Shown here in pieces: positions 25,976 to 27,445 of a DNA stretch of 27,445 nt (position 1 is the stretch's first letter; each line of letters opens with the position of its first letter). Position numbers and translations under genes: made by a program. The DNA is from a virus (Duplodnaviria > Caudoviricetes): positions 1-27,445 of the IMG/VR virus record IMGVR_UViG_3300011336_000415. One strand, given 5' to 3'. Below the pieces are notes generated by a model. It was not told the origin of the DNA. It saw nothing but the letters and a program-made list of their open reading frames with translations, and made no database searches.

Positions 25976-26158
25976 ATGAAAGAAAACACATACTGGATAG
26001 TACTCAAAGATTTTCCCTCAAGTGCAATAAATAGCTCAAGAGAAATAGTGAAAAAATACCTTGAATTATTTAACAAGTATAAAAACCCATTCTATGCAAA
26101 GGTACTAGAGGACTTTGGTATAGAGCTAGATTATTCACCTTTAGATAACGGAAACTAA
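25976..26158 (+). CDS. Hypothetical protein
   Basis: 60-aa ORF in the operon. Confidence 0.55.
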   Translation: MKENTYWIVLKDFPSSAINSSREIVKKYLELFNKYKNPFYAKVLEDFGIELDYSPLDNGN

Positions 26159-26159
26159 T

Positions 26160-26615
26160 ATGAACTTAAAAGACCTAACAAACAAAATAGATTATAAATG
26201 GAGAGTACAGAGTTTTAGCAAGAACAAGCCGTCGGCTCAATGTGTAGCTTACATAGACGCTAGAGATGTAATGGCACGACTAGACGAAGTAGTCGGTGTA
26301 GAAAATTGGCAAGACGATTATAAGCTAGTAGACGGTAAACTTATGGGAGGTATTGGTATCAAATGTGGAGATAATTGGGTATGGAAATGGGATACAGGTA
26401 ATGAAAGTGCTATGGACGGAGATAAAGGACAAATATCAGATGCTTTTAAAAGAGCTGGTGTAAAATGGGGTATAGGTCGGTTTCTATACGACTTAACAAT
26501 TAAGTATGTAGAAACTAACGAGGCCAAAACAGCTACAAACTATCCTTATGTGATAGATAGTTCAACAGGTAAGAAAGTGTTTGATTTAACAAAGTATATT
26601 AACGAATTAAAATAA
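26160..26615 (+). CDS. Rad52/Sak-family single-strand annealing protein
   Basis: AYIDARDVMARLDEVVGVENW...KWDTG...SDAFKRAGVKWGIGRFLY. Confidence 0.9.
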   Translation: MNLKDLTNKIDYKWRVQSFSKNKPSAQCVAYIDARDVMARLDEVVGVENWQDDYKLVDGKLMGGIGIKCGDNWVWKWDTGNESAMDGDKGQISDAFKRAGVKWGIGRFLYDLTIKYVETNEAKTATNYPYVIDSSTGKKVFDLTKYINELK

Positions 26616-26616
26616 T

Positions 26617-26934
26617 ATGGACAACAAATACCCACAAGGATTTATAGTGAAATCAAAGCACGAAAATGCTCCTGATTTTATCAAAGCAAACATTGCAATT
26701 AAAGTAGCAGAGTTTATACCTTATCTTAACCAGAATGTTAAAAATGGTTGGGTAAATATTCAGATTAAGGAAAGTAAATCAGGTAGACTATATGCCGAAC
26801 TTGATACTTTTGAACGAAAGAAAGATGTTGAGGAGGTAAAAGAAGAGATACGAGATATAGTTCACCCAGAAGATACTACTACTAGTGAAACTGATGAGGG
26901 GGAAGTAATCGACGCTTCGGAAATTCCTTTCTAG
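26617..26934 (+). CDS. Putative single-stranded DNA-binding protein
   Basis: Follows the annealase; beta-rich N-domain and an acidic tail ending EIPF, like the SSB C-terminal tip. Confidence 0.65.
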   Translation: MDNKYPQGFIVKSKHENAPDFIKANIAIKVAEFIPYLNQNVKNGWVNIQIKESKSGRLYAELDTFERKKDVEEVKEEIRDIVHPEDTTTSETDEGEVIDASEIPF

Positions 26935-26952
26935 CATTAAAACAATAAACTA

Positions 26953-27445
26953 ATGAAAACAAAAATAATTAAAGGTTATAAAGGGTTCGATAAAGACTTC
27001 AAGTGTAGAGATTTCCAGTATGAAGTAAGTAAGGAGTATAAACATAGTGGTGATGTATCGGTATGTAGTTCAGGATTTCATTTTTGTGAAAATCCACTAG
27101 ATGTTCTTAATTACTACCCACTAAAAAACGGCAATCAGTTTGCAGAAGTTGAAGCTAGTGGAAATGTTAAAAAAGAAAATGAAAAATCTTCTACTGATAA
27201 CATTAAAATAGTAGCAAAACTTGATTTGCCTATGTTAATAAAAGCATCTGTAGATTTTATTTGGAGCAAAGCATCTGAAAAAGGTATTTTCAAAAAAGGA
27301 AGTGCCACATCAGGTTATGGTGCCCACAGTGCCACATCAGGTAATGGTGCCCACAGTGCCACATCAGGTAATGATGCCCACAGTGCCACATCAGGTAATG
27401 ATGCCAACAGTGCCACATCAGGTTATGGTGCCAACAGTGCCACAT
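26953..27445 (+). CDS. Phage protein with a KGYKGFD...CSSGFHFCENPLDV domain and 9-aa repeats (DUF7666-like), truncated
   Basis: Not in the track. Open from ATG 26953 to the window end: MKTKIIKGYKGFDKDFKCRDFQYEV...SATSGYGAH repeats. Confidence 0.8.
   Translation, partial: MKTKIIKGYKGFDKDFKCRDFQYEVSKEYKHSGDVSVCSSGFHFCENPLDVLNYYPLKNGNQFAEVEASGNVKKENEKSSTDNIKIVAKLDLPMLIKASVDFIWSKASEKGIFKKGSATSGYGAHSATSGNGAHSATSGNDAHSATSGNDANSATSGYGANSAT
27301..27445 (+). repeat. 27-bp coding tandem repeat, at least 5.4 copies
   Basis: AGTGCCACATCAGGT(A/T)ATG(A/G)TGCC(A/C)AC units start at 27301, 27328, 27355, 27382, 27409 and 27436. Confidence 0.95.

Noticed and set aside
23937-26527. Minus-strand ORFs at 23937, 24302, 25612 and 26318 (also the nested same-strand ORF at 11726)
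   Set aside because: They overlap better-supported genes and have no independent evidence.
27301-27445. CRISPR array
   Set aside because: The units are contiguous with no spacers and keep the reading frame of a protein.
1-27445. DGR template repeat, reverse transcriptase or Avd; tRNA genes; integrase
   Set aside because: I saw no second copy of the VR-like block, no YxDD RT ORF, no cloverleaf and no recombinase motifs in this window.
1-27445. Alternative genetic code (TGA is almost never used as a stop)
   Set aside because: All long genes are intact in code 11, TAA dominance is expected at this AT content, and one ATGA stop/start overlap exists at 17823-17826.

Overview
A 27.4-kb, AT-rich (roughly one-third GC) fragment of a tailed dsDNA phage with a P22-like podovirus architecture. 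The minus strand (1-22.5 kb) reads, right to left: replication initiator, RHH regulator, small accessory genes (including YopX), small and large terminase, portal, scaffold, major capsid, adaptor, LamG and nozzle proteins, two ejection-type proteins, a mosaic tail fibre and a permuted NlpC/P60 enzyme. The plus strand (22.8-27.4 kb) carries an orphan beta-class DNA methyltransferase, zinc-finger proteins, a Rad52/Sak annealase, an SSB-like protein and a repeat protein cut by the window edge. Shine-Dalgarno motifs are scarce and several genes look leaderless, which suggests (inference only) a Patescibacteria/CPR-like or Bacteroidota host. Main observations: (1) a DGR-type variable region (60% GC, A-depleted) in a non-structural gene, with no template repeat or reverse transcriptase in the window; (2) a structured RNA just after the capsid gene whose loop, CCACCAAUU, is complementary to an AAUUGGUGG motif upstream of three head genes; (3) DnaA-box-like 9-mers at an identical distance upstream of three promoters; (4) a pseudoknot in the leader of the replication gene and two further candidate structured RNAs; (5) an unannotated leaderless 23-aa membrane peptide on the opposite strand, behind the ejection genes. 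All family assignments come from recalled motifs and synteny, not database searches.
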